The position numbers were made by a program, and so were the translations under genes. Below the pieces are notes generated by a model that saw nothing but the letters and a program-made list of their open reading frames with translations, ran no database searches and was not told where the DNA came from. A stretch of 64,000 nucleotides of DNA, from IMG/VR virus record IMGVR_UViG_3300020165_000009; one strand, 5' to 3'. This DNA is from a virus. Below are positions 37,414 through 46,005 of this stretch, piece by piece; the first letter of the stretch is position 1, and the number at the start of each line of letters is the position of its first letter.

Positions 37414-39051
37414 ATGAATTTCGCTACATGGACAAACCGAGTAATTAATGAGAGCAGTGAACATTACTTTGCTGAAGAGCTTCTAGAGGAAAGTATTGCT
37501 AAGACACTGAAGCCAGTAGTTAATAAAATGAAGAAACTAAACATAGGTGTACCATACCGTGATGCTCGCTTATTTTTCTTCAATTACCTTCAAGATCAGC
37601 ACCCTGAAGTTATTCCAGCTGAATTTAAAGATTCAAAAAGAAAACCATCAGCAAAAGATGTTAATGCAATGGTAGGTCAGATTGCAATTGATCGCCCAGA
37701 AATGCTCGATACGTTTGCAAACGAATTCGAAGCATACGCCACCGGCAAGGATGACGAAAATCCAGATGAGGATAGAGTATCAGAGTTTCTTAGAATCGCG
37801 ATGATACTTAGAACTGGCAAAAACGTTCGGCCTAAAAAACATGAAGGTTATAAGACAAAGGAATATAGCAACTTATCAGCTGAGGAGATCAAAAACACAA
37901 CAATGGATGCAATTGAAAAGGCTCCAGTTGAAAAAGGAGTAGATCCTGATATTGGGGATGAGAAGCTTCTACTGAAAGTAGCATTCACTAAGGTACTTGC
38001 TCAACTCCAAGAGCTTGACGAGCTTGACCCTAAGGTGCTTGTCAATATCGCTGACACTGGCGCAAAAGTAGACAGCATTGATAAGTTCAAGCAGTTTTTA
38101 GATTACATGCACCAGTTCGAAGAGTACCATCTCGCCGAAGCATACTTACGTGATATGATCGCAGTTCTTGAAAGGGAAATGGCTAGTAAGGAAGACGAAG
38201 AGCTTGATGATTTTGATACAAGTCGTCATTCAGATGAAGATATTCCGGAATATTTAGAGGACTTGCATGCGATGAGGGCTGGTAAATTTCCTGGTATGAA
38301 GAAGAAGAGAAAGGTAGTTGATTATGATACATCTTATGCACCCGTTTACGACACAGAAGAAGACGCTGAAGGTGTCAGTGTAAAGCAAGAAGTACTTAAC
38401 GCTGTTAAACAAGGTGCTGGTGAGTTTGCTCATAAAGCAGCTGGTATGCTTCAGTCAGCTAAAGAGCTTCATGACCAATATAGCAGACAGGGTGATCAAG
38501 AAAGAGCTAGTATCACTAAGTCACTCGTTAATCACTTCACTGTACAATCAAAGTTTGATGAAGATGCAGAGGCAAAGCCGGACTATATGGATATGGACGG
38601 CGATGGTGACAAAGAAGAGTCGATGAAGAAAGCTGCTAAAGATAAGCACGCTGCATGTGAAGATGCCGAAAATGGGTGTGATTGTGGCATGTGTCCGGAT
38701 TGTGCTGATAATGCAAGATATGGTACCTCGGATGAAGAGCAGAAGAGCATTAAAGATGAATACCATCTTTCCCCAGAGCAGTATGAAAAAGCTCGAGGAA
38801 TGGCAGACTTTGATGCTAGTGAATGGTTCTTTAGCCCGTCACAGAAGCTATACTTTAGAAAAAGAGAAGGTGGTGAAGATCAAGAGCAATCAACTGCTCA
38901 ATATATGTCCAAGGCCCCTGTCGAAAAACGTGAAGAGTCTGAAGAAGCGAGAATGTCTCAACAAGAGATTAACCAAATGCTCGCTAACCGAGAGAGAGAA
39001 AGAGTTCAAAACCTTTACGCTCAACAAAGACTGCATACTCAAGGATATTAA
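37414..39051 (+). CDS. Large acidic modular late protein, putative polyprotein/internal head protein
   Basis: TAAATA upstream; leader MNFATWTNRVINE; repeated EDxE/SDEx linkers; DMDGDGD and CDCGMCPDC modules. Confidence 0.65.
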   Translation: MNFATWTNRVINESSEHYFAEELLEESIAKTLKPVVNKMKKLNIGVPYRDARLFFFNYLQDQHPEVIPAEFKDSKRKPSAKDVNAMVGQIAIDRPEMLDTFANEFEAYATGKDDENPDEDRVSEFLRIAMILRTGKNVRPKKHEGYKTKEYSNLSAEEIKNTTMDAIEKAPVEKGVDPDIGDEKLLLKVAFTKVLAQLQELDELDPKVLVNIADTGAKVDSIDKFKQFLDYMHQFEEYHLAEAYLRDMIAVLEREMASKEDEELDDFDTSRHSDEDIPEYLEDLHAMRAGKFPGMKKKRKVVDYDTSYAPVYDTEEDAEGVSVKQEVLNAVKQGAGEFAHKAAGMLQSAKELHDQYSRQGDQERASITKSLVNHFTVQSKFDEDAEAKPDYMDMDGDGDKEESMKKAAKDKHAACEDAENGCDCGMCPDCADNARYGTSDEEQKSIKDEYHLSPEQYEKARGMADFDASEWFFSPSQKLYFRKREGGEDQEQSTAQYMSKAPVEKREESEEARMSQQEINQMLANRERERVQNLYAQQRLHTQGY

Positions 39052-39061
39052 TTCATAACAC

Positions 39062-39430
39062 ATGTTAATAGCAAATACACTATACACTTATAAGGCAAAA
39101 GTAGTATCCATATATGATGGTGATTCCTTGAGATTGGATATTGATCTCGGATTCAAAGTCGTTATGCAAAACCAGCGCGTTCGATTACTCGGAATAGATA
39201 CACCGGAAGTGAGGGGTGAGGAGCGTGAATCTGGTATAGCTGCGAGGGATTACATGAGAGATTTATTATCAGATAAAGAAATTATAATTACCACTATAAA
39301 GGACAAGTACGGTAAGTATGGTAGGTGGCTGGTAGAGGTGTTTATACCAGACGAAACTCAAGAGAGTGGATTTCTAAATGTTAATCAACATTTAATTAGC
39401 GAGGGCTTAGCTGTCCCATACGGGGAATGA
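39062..39430 (+). CDS. Thermonuclease (SNase-like)
   Basis: VSIYDGDS...RVRLLGIDTPE...DKYGKYGRWL...NQHLISEGLA. Confidence 0.9.
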   Translation: MLIANTLYTYKAKVVSIYDGDSLRLDIDLGFKVVMQNQRVRLLGIDTPEVRGEERESGIAARDYMRDLLSDKEIIITTIKDKYGKYGRWLVEVFIPDETQESGFLNVNQHLISEGLAVPYGE

Positions 39431-39699
39431 GTGAGTACGAGAAAAATAAATACTATTGCGGTGCGTGGTGGACGCCGAAATGGGTTCGTAGGATTTTAAG
39501 TACTAGGTTTAACGCTAGTTGTAAAGTACATGATCTAGATTATGATACTACGAGGTTTAGTAGAGAAGAGGCAGATACTAGATTTTTACTTCATATGATA
39601 AGACAGGCAAAGAGCTCTATATTCTGGGAAGTTATAGCTACGTTGTTTTATATCTCAGTTAGACTTATTGGTAAGCTATCGTGGGGTAAAAAAGATTAG
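39427..39699 (+). CDS. Small protein with PLA2/DUF1353-like CxxHDxxY motif
   Basis: YYCG...FNASCKVHDLDY...REEADTRF. Confidence 0.55.
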   Translation: MSEYEKNKYYCGAWWTPKWVRRILSTRFNASCKVHDLDYDTTRFSREEADTRFLLHMIRQAKSSIFWEVIATLFYISVRLIGKLSWGKKD

Positions 39700-40436
39700 T
39701 TGATAGACTTACAACCATTCTTCTCATATATAGCGTCTAACTTATCCTGCTGTATATAATCTAAAGGGTCCCTCAGCTTAGCTTCAACGAAGCCTTGTAG
39801 CCTTAAGCTGCTGCTAGCAGACTCAACGTCACAAGGGTACTCGCCTGAATAGCAGGTATATGTATTACTAAAGTTTACCCCAAGGGAGACGCCGTCTAAG
39901 ACGATATCTTTTTTAGACATTTCAATAAGAGGAGCAACTACTGTAATTCTATTCTCTCTATTAAGTGCTGTTACGTCATTTAACTGATTTACAAACTCTT
40001 CAGATCCATCCCAGTAACCGGCTAAACTATCTGCTTGCGCGGCCCCGTACCATACCTCACCGGCACCTACAGCCTCAGCATAAGAGCAAAGCATACTCAA
40101 GAACATTAAATTACGGAATGGTACATAACTCTTAGGTTGAGCTTCACCCATCATATCATTTACATTCGGGGTATCAATACTATCATTAGTGAGTGACGAT
40201 ACTGGCGCCATCTCACGTATAAAAGTTGTATCAAGTAATTTATTATGAAATACTTTATCTGGGTATAAGTTCTTAATATCAGCTAGCTGCTTTTCAACGC
40301 ACTCTAGTTCTCGTTTATGACGCTGCCCATAATCAAAGCTAATAGTATGTACTTCATCAGCTAGCCTCGCAGCTTTAAACAACAGTACAGCAGAATCCAT
40401 CCCACCACTGAGAGTTACAACAATTTTTCTTTTCAT
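39696..40436 (-). CDS. queC: QueC-like 7-cyano-7-deazaguanine synthase
   Basis: LSGGMDS, FDYGQRH, YVPFRNLMFLS, APL...K, TYTCY. Confidence 0.9.
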   Translation of the reverse strand: MKRKIVVTLSGGMDSAVLLFKAARLADEVHTISFDYGQRHKRELECVEKQLADIKNLYPDKVFHNKLLDTTFIREMAPVSSLTNDSIDTPNVNDMMGEAQPKSYVPFRNLMFLSMLCSYAEAVGAGEVWYGAAQADSLAGYWDGSEEFVNQLNDVTALNRENRITVVAPLIEMSKKDIVLDGVSLGVNFSNTYTCYSGEYPCDVESASSSLRLQGFVEAKLRDPLDYIQQDKLDAIYEKNGCKSIN

Positions 40437-40457
40437 TCTTTAATTATATACTAGTTA

Positions 40458-41576
40458 CTACTCAACTGCTATCACAGCATCCTCAGTTACTTCGTCTGGA
40501 ATAATCTCATCTGTATCACCTACATCTTTATTACTGTACTTCCATTCTTTCTTAATCTTCTCTTCTACAACCGGTATAATAGTCTTATCCCATAGTTCAG
40601 TATCATCTTTCCACTTACTATAATAGCCGAGTTTCTTACCATCTGGTAATTGATATGTTGCGCCAGTCTGTATAACTGCTCCAAGACCTACCGCGAGATC
40701 CAATAAGCCAAAGTACTTGTGCAGGCCACGATCAAATGACAGGTACATCTCACCTTGCAAGTACTGCTTAACGAAACGATTCTTAACGGTCAGTGCTCGT
40801 AGAATAACACCAGAGTAGCTCTTTTGACCTACAGCTAATTTGCCGTCAGTGTTCTTGTCTTCCTTAACCGGTTTACGAGCTAGCTGTATAGTAACAGAAG
40901 GTAGATATACAGTAGCAGTACCACCTGGCATTGCTTTTACAAGCGACGGAAACATTGCTGATGGGTCTTCATAAATGTGGTTAGTGGCAAGAATAGTAGT
41001 TTTAGTTAAGCCGGATAGTTGAGTAAGTGTACGTAATAGCGACTTCATTGCTTTAGCTCTACTACCCATATCAGCACTTACATTACCCTTTGTCTGACGA
41101 TTGATCTGCAATTGACTTTCCATATTACCTAGAGAGTCAATAGCGATTATAAATTTACCTTCCTGACCCTTCTCCTTTACTTTAGTTAAGAAGTCGAAAA
41201 TCGTGTTGCGGCATTCTTCAATACTAAAGACTGGTACATACTTCACCTTACTAACATCTAGACCTAACGCTTCAGCACCATCCCTATCGATAGCGTTCTC
41301 ACTATCAAAGATAACTGGAATTAAACCTTCCTTTTGAGCATTAGCTAGAATCTTTTGCAGAATAAACGATTTACCGGTCATACTCGGACCAGCTAGTAGG
41401 GTCATTCTATTCTTTGGAATACCGCCGTGGAGTGAACCTGATACAATACCGTTAAGTACCATAGAACCAGTATCGATCCAACCGTCTACGTTGCTAATAG
41501 CGCTCTCATTTAAGAAGGACGCGTAAGGATTAGACTTATCAATTACAGATAAAATATCGTCAATTTCTTTACTCAT
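40458..41576 (-). CDS. uvsX: RecA-like recombinase
   Basis: DTGSMVLN...SG...GGIP, AGPSMTGKS, FDSE, IDSLGN, DMG.RAK, KNRF. Confidence 0.95.
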   Translation of the reverse strand: MSKEIDDILSVIDKSNPYASFLNESAISNVDGWIDTGSMVLNGIVSGSLHGGIPKNRMTLLAGPSMTGKSFILQKILANAQKEGLIPVIFDSENAIDRDGAEALGLDVSKVKYVPVFSIEECRNTIFDFLTKVKEKGQEGKFIIAIDSLGNMESQLQINRQTKGNVSADMGSRAKAMKSLLRTLTQLSGLTKTTILATNHIYEDPSAMFPSLVKAMPGGTATVYLPSVTIQLARKPVKEDKNTDGKLAVGQKSYSGVILRALTVKNRFVKQYLQGEMYLSFDRGLHKYFGLLDLAVGLGAVIQTGATYQLPDGKKLGYYSKWKDDTELWDKTIIPVVEEKIKKEWKYSNKDVGDTDEIIPDEVTEDAVIAVE

Positions 41577-41584
41577 ATACCTAA

Positions 41585-42427
41585 TTATAGTATACCTTTC
41601 GCCTTGTTCAAGTAATAGTTTAGCTCTTTCGTATATACGGGTACAAAGTTTTTAATGCCACCTTGACCAGACCATATACACGCATCTACTCTAAACTCTG
41701 TATTATCTGGACCACCTTCATCTTTATATCTTAATGGCACCTTTAAGCACGTAGGGTTAAATAACTTGCACGCATCATTAAATACAGACTCGTCTGATGA
41801 TACATTAAATAAATCAATTTTTTCAGCACAAAACTTTATAAATTTACGGCTTACCTCTGTATTTCTAACAACAATTAAACCACCTGTTTCGAGTTCAAAA
41901 TCCTCGCCGAGTTTAACTTTTTCAAAACGATTAAAATTATTATCGTCAACCTTGACCGCGACATCTGTCACGACACCAATATCCGACTTATACTCGTGCA
42001 TAGCATCATAGAGATCATTAATATCTTTACGTACTATTGCATCTACGTCACTATATATATAAACTTCATCCACCTCATCTACCATCAACGTATTGAGGGT
42101 ATCATATTTTATACCTGTACAATAACTTGCATGCTCACTATATACTCGTTTAAAAATTTGATAATCATGAATCTTAGGTAAGTTTCTTAAATGTTCATCA
42201 GTAATATAATGCTTGTCTGCCCAATCAGGGTATAATATAGTAGGCTTCGTATTTAACTCTATATTATCAAATATATATTTAACGTTATTAAAATTTATGA
42301 GAGCGGATTCATCAACATTGACGCATCTACATATAATTTTAACATTTGGACTATTATCTAATGCAGACTGTGCAAAAGCGTTAAATAGGGGTAGATATTT
42401 TTCATCACTCGTACATACTATAGTCAT
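41585..42427 (-). CDS. Nucleotide-diphospho-sugar glycosyltransferase (GT-A)
   Basis: TSDEKYLP N-terminus, DxD motif YIYSDVDAIVRKD, GLIVVRNT, DESVFN. Confidence 0.7.
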   Translation of the reverse strand: MTIVCTSDEKYLPLFNAFAQSALDNSPNVKIICRCVNVDESALINFNNVKYIFDNIELNTKPTILYPDWADKHYITDEHLRNLPKIHDYQIFKRVYSEHASYCTGIKYDTLNTLMVDEVDEVYIYSDVDAIVRKDINDLYDAMHEYKSDIGVVTDVAVKVDDNNFNRFEKVKLGEDFELETGGLIVVRNTEVSRKFIKFCAEKIDLFNVSSDESVFNDACKLFNPTCLKVPLRYKDEGGPDNTEFRVDACIWSGQGGIKNFVPVYTKELNYYLNKAKGIL

Positions 42428-42927
42428 AGTAGTTCATCAGTCTCTTTTAGTAATTTTTTAATCTTTACAGATATATGGTTACTCTTCCATTTATATTCTT
42501 CGAAGAATGCCTTCCATGATAGAATAATCGTCCTCAATCTTTCGAGATTATCGTCTTTTAAATCGTCTTCAGTCAGCTGACCATATCTTATTGCTCTATA
42601 TAAAGCATTATTAATAGTCTGTATATCCTCGGACTCTGAAAATGTTGCTGATATTACACCTTTTGTATATTCAGGCGGAGGACCAGGCTCAATTATTGCC
42701 GGCTCTGTTTTTTTCGGAGCTGCTTTGAGCTTGTCAATCCTCGCTTCCAATTTAGCAATTTCAGCGTCTTTTTGTGTAACAATATTATGTATGGCTGCAT
42801 TAGCTTCTGCCCGTACTTGCTGATTAATCTCATTACGGATTTTTTCGGCTTCGTCCTGTCTCACATGACCGAAGTATGACGAGTCATCAGACGGAGGCCG
42901 GAATGATTGTGTTGACCAATTTGACAT
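42424..42927 (-). CDS. Hypothetical coiled-coil protein
   Basis: 167 aa; TAAGTA upstream. Confidence 0.55.
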   Translation of the reverse strand: MSNWSTQSFRPPSDDSSYFGHVRQDEAEKIRNEINQQVRAEANAAIHNIVTQKDAEIAKLEARIDKLKAAPKKTEPAIIEPGPPPEYTKGVISATFSESEDIQTINNALYRAIRYGQLTEDDLKDDNLERLRTIILSWKAFFEEYKWKSNHISVKIKKLLKETDELL

Positions 42928-42957
42928 AAAAATACTTACTTATCTTTTAGATTTTTT

Positions 42958-42993
42958 GCCAGGTTACACATACATTCAGAGGCGTAACCTGGC
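42958..42993 (-). other. 12-bp stem-loop without a U-tract
   Basis: Minus strand GCCAGGTTACGC-12 nt-GTGTAACCTGGC (one G-U pair) followed by AAAAAA. Confidence 0.6.
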
Positions 42994-43006
42994 GAGCAGA
43001 TAAATA

Positions 43007-43381
43007 TTACTCATCAAAGAGCTTAATTACCTCGGCATCCTCTGCTTCGTCTGATGATGCCTCAACCGGTACTAGTACCGGGTTAACAACCTTCTCGTAC
43101 TGCTCAACAATACGTGGCTCGATTGTAAACTCACTACCTAGAGCGATGTTTTGAACACTCCAGGAGAAGACAGTAGATCGCTCTGCATCTTCACCTACTG
43201 GTTGAATAAACTCTGGGAAGAATAGTGGAAAAAGCTGCACGGCCATCTGGCCATCCTGCTGAGGCTGAACGGTGATCATTACAGGATTCTTTACCTGAAT
43301 GCAATCGCCTTTTGATACTTCCTCACCGAAAACGGTGCGGCCTGCGTTATCAATAAATGTGGTATATTTCTTATCTGTCAT
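43007..43381 (-). CDS. Hypothetical protein (possible Sm-like fold)
   Basis: GRTVFGE...VKNPVMI...IVEQYEKV resembles small T4-family Sm-like proteins near the polymerase. Confidence 0.5.
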   Translation of the reverse strand: MTDKKYTTFIDNAGRTVFGEEVSKGDCIQVKNPVMITVQPQQDGQMAVQLFPLFFPEFIQPVGEDAERSTVFSWSVQNIALGSEFTIEPRIVEQYEKVVNPVLVPVEASSDEAEDAEVIKLFDE

Positions 43382-43388
43382 ACGTATA

Positions 43389-43415
43389 ATTATACAGGTG
43401 TTCCTATCTAATCAA
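43389..43415 (-). promoter_or_regulatory. TTGATT...GGAAC-N5-TATAAT promoter
   Basis: Minus strand gTTGATTagataGGAACacctgTATAATtatacgtATG. Confidence 0.7.
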
Positions 43416-45970
43416 CTAAGTAAATCAAATAAATCTGTCTGAACTGCAGCTCCGGGTCGTTGAATAGACCAACTCACATTATCATAAAAGCGCTCAATAG
43501 CAGAGTAGATAATCTTCTCAAACATTAATTCATAATCTATCTTGAGCTTTTCCTTAAATTCGCTAGGTAGGTAGTATTTATATGCCACATTACCTATGTT
43601 ATATGGATTAGGTTTCTGCACGTAAAAAAATCTAACCTTATCCCCACTACCAATCTCTTCATATTCCTTATCAATATTAAACTTCTTGAGAAGTATGTTG
43701 TGATAATACGCAGCTTTAACATGACTAGGCATACCTTTGCATGTAGTAAAGCCATTGCATTGAGTCGAATACTTCTCGTAATTCTTAATACCCGACACAA
43801 AAGCAATATCCTCAATAGGTAGGCTCTTGAAGATCCTATAAGCTTCATTCAGTACACTATTAGTCTTATTAATATCGCGAGTACTCAGCATCGTCTCAAT
43901 AATATTCTTAACATAAGGTTTAATAGCTGCCGGCATAGTACTACGAACGACCTCTACACCGGTATACTTGTATTTATCCATGGCAATTCCCTCGTCATCT
44001 AGTACATGCATAACGTAACGTTTCTTCTGCAGAAACACGCCTACATCAGCGAGCATTTCACGTTTAAAAACAAACCTACAGTCCATAGAGTTGAGGGAAC
44101 GCGTTCCCCATATCTTAATTTTATCATTCAAGAAATCTTCAATCTTTTGAACCTCTTTATGTAACTCGTCAGTTATCTTACCATCCGGTCCTACAAAATC
44201 AATATCAGTATTATCAATAATATGCTTAAGGGATATATATGACGAATCTGTATCGTTGTATATAACACTATCATTAAGCTTCTTCTCGTCATCTATACCT
44301 ACGCGTTTAGTTATATACTGCTTGAGTAACTCGTTAGAGGTCTTAATTACTGCCTGTCCGGTCAGGGTAATTGACGCGGCAATATCATCATCGCCGAACG
44401 GGGCATGCTTATTGCCGAAGTATCCATATATCGAGTTAATAAAGATCTTGATACAGAGCTGCTTCGAGTCTAATTGATCAATACGTACCTTTAGAGCAGG
44501 TGTCGGGTTAGCAGCATACTCATGCTTTAGTTTAGTAAGTATCTTTTTAACCTCAACGCGCTTGTTATAATACTCATCGAGAATCTCAGGCATTACACCT
44601 TTACGCTTCTGTGTAAACAGTACATTAGCCCGACTTATACCGATCTCTTCGTCTTTGACAAACTTACCAAAGCTCTCGATAGGCATTGTAAATGTTTTAC
44701 CGTTGACGTGCCTAATCGTAACCTCCTCGTCAGTCTTATCTTCAATTTTACCTACCTTTGTCTCCGGAGACATATTAAGAGAGATCATTACGTTCGGATA
44801 TAGTGAGTTAGCATCAAACGAAATAATATCTTTCTGAAATCCCTTTAACGGTTCGCCTACATATGCGCCTGGATTCTTGCCAGTATCCTCATTGCGAATG
44901 AACGTAGGTATACATTGCTGACGTCGTCTACCTCTAATAGCAGTAGCACCGTTAATGACGGACAATGACCCCATAGCTGCTTCAAACGAAGTTAGGCCGG
45001 AATAAGCTAACATACGAATTAAATCAATATACTTCAGTTTAACATCTAAATTCTTAAGAAGTCTAACGTCTTGAATGTTGTAGTCAACAAACGTCTGCCA
45101 ATCCTCATCAGATAGAGTAGCAAGATTCATATTACCATACTCAACCTTTTTCTCACCGAGCTCTAATTCACCGATAGCATCGAGCTTATAACTCTCACGG
45201 AGACCCATAGAGAACTTTTTATACACATCAAGATAGTCAAGTAGTGATATACCTTCTATAGACCATTTCACCTGGTCTCTCCCAAAGGCTCCCTTAATGA
45301 TCCTACTAGTTACATTACCTGTAGGGGACATACGAGCAACCCATTCATCCCCAAGGATACGGCGGCATCTGTTAATAATATAAGGTATATCGAAGAACTC
45401 AGAGTTCCAACCAGACAGTATATCAGGAAAATCCTGCTCTAGATGTTGAATATACCTCTTAAAGAGGTCCCTCTCATCATCACATTTTATATAAGTTACG
45501 TCACTTTGATGATTTTTGTAGTCATATAGCCCGAACGTCGTGAAGTGATCTGCTATAGTATCGTATACAGTTATAACAGTTACTTTATGATTACCAGTTT
45601 GAATATCTGGGAAGTCGTCGGGGGAGTAAGTCTCAATATCAATAAACATCGTCTTAATAGGATGCTTATTGAAGTCCTCTTCTTCGTTCTCCTCCCAGTA
45701 ACGATCTACAAGATATTGTTGATGTGATTGTAAGTTTTCAAATACTCTCTTAATACCAGTATCTTTAATAAACTTATACCGGCCATACTGATTCTGAAAC
45801 TTCTTCTTAATTAGCTTAGTACCAAAAATAGACTCGTACTTACCGTTACCTTCAACAAATAGATACGGTTCATGAGACACCTCATAAGATATACGCTTAC
45901 CATCTTCATCCCACGTAAAGAGCTTAATTGAACTCTCCTTACCATTATATACTATATTTCGATAACTCAC
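43412..45970 (-). CDS. gp43: Family B DNA polymerase
   Basis: Exonuclease DIET, GWNSEFFDIPY, YNIQDV; polymerase FDANSLYP, KIFINSIYG, YNDTDS, KKRY; GTG start. Confidence 0.97.
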   Translation of the reverse strand: MSYRNIVYNGKESSIKLFTWDEDGKRISYEVSHEPYLFVEGNGKYESIFGTKLIKKKFQNQYGRYKFIKDTGIKRVFENLQSHQQYLVDRYWEENEEEDFNKHPIKTMFIDIETYSPDDFPDIQTGNHKVTVITVYDTIADHFTTFGLYDYKNHQSDVTYIKCDDERDLFKRYIQHLEQDFPDILSGWNSEFFDIPYIINRCRRILGDEWVARMSPTGNVTSRIIKGAFGRDQVKWSIEGISLLDYLDVYKKFSMGLRESYKLDAIGELELGEKKVEYGNMNLATLSDEDWQTFVDYNIQDVRLLKNLDVKLKYIDLIRMLAYSGLTSFEAAMGSLSVINGATAIRGRRRQQCIPTFIRNEDTGKNPGAYVGEPLKGFQKDIISFDANSLYPNVMISLNMSPETKVGKIEDKTDEEVTIRHVNGKTFTMPIESFGKFVKDEEIGISRANVLFTQKRKGVMPEILDEYYNKRVEVKKILTKLKHEYAANPTPALKVRIDQLDSKQLCIKIFINSIYGYFGNKHAPFGDDDIAASITLTGQAVIKTSNELLKQYITKRVGIDDEKKLNDSVIYNDTDSSYISLKHIIDNTDIDFVGPDGKITDELHKEVQKIEDFLNDKIKIWGTRSLNSMDCRFVFKREMLADVGVFLQKKRYVMHVLDDEGIAMDKYKYTGVEVVRSTMPAAIKPYVKNIIETMLSTRDINKTNSVLNEAYRIFKSLPIEDIAFVSGIKNYEKYSTQCNGFTTCKGMPSHVKAAYYHNILLKKFNIDKEYEEIGSGDKVRFFYVQKPNPYNIGNVAYKYYLPSEFKEKLKIDYELMFEKIIYSAIERFYDNVSWSIQRPGAAVQTDLFDLLS

Positions 45971-45976
45971 ATCATA

Positions 45977-46004
45977 ATTATAATGTAGTTCCGCTTAGTA
46001 TCAA
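45977..46004 (-). promoter_or_regulatory. TTGATA...GGAAC-N5-TATAAT promoter of the DNA polymerase
   Basis: Minus strand gTTGATActaagcGGAACtacatTATAATtatgatGTG. Confidence 0.7.
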
Positions 46005-46005
46005 C

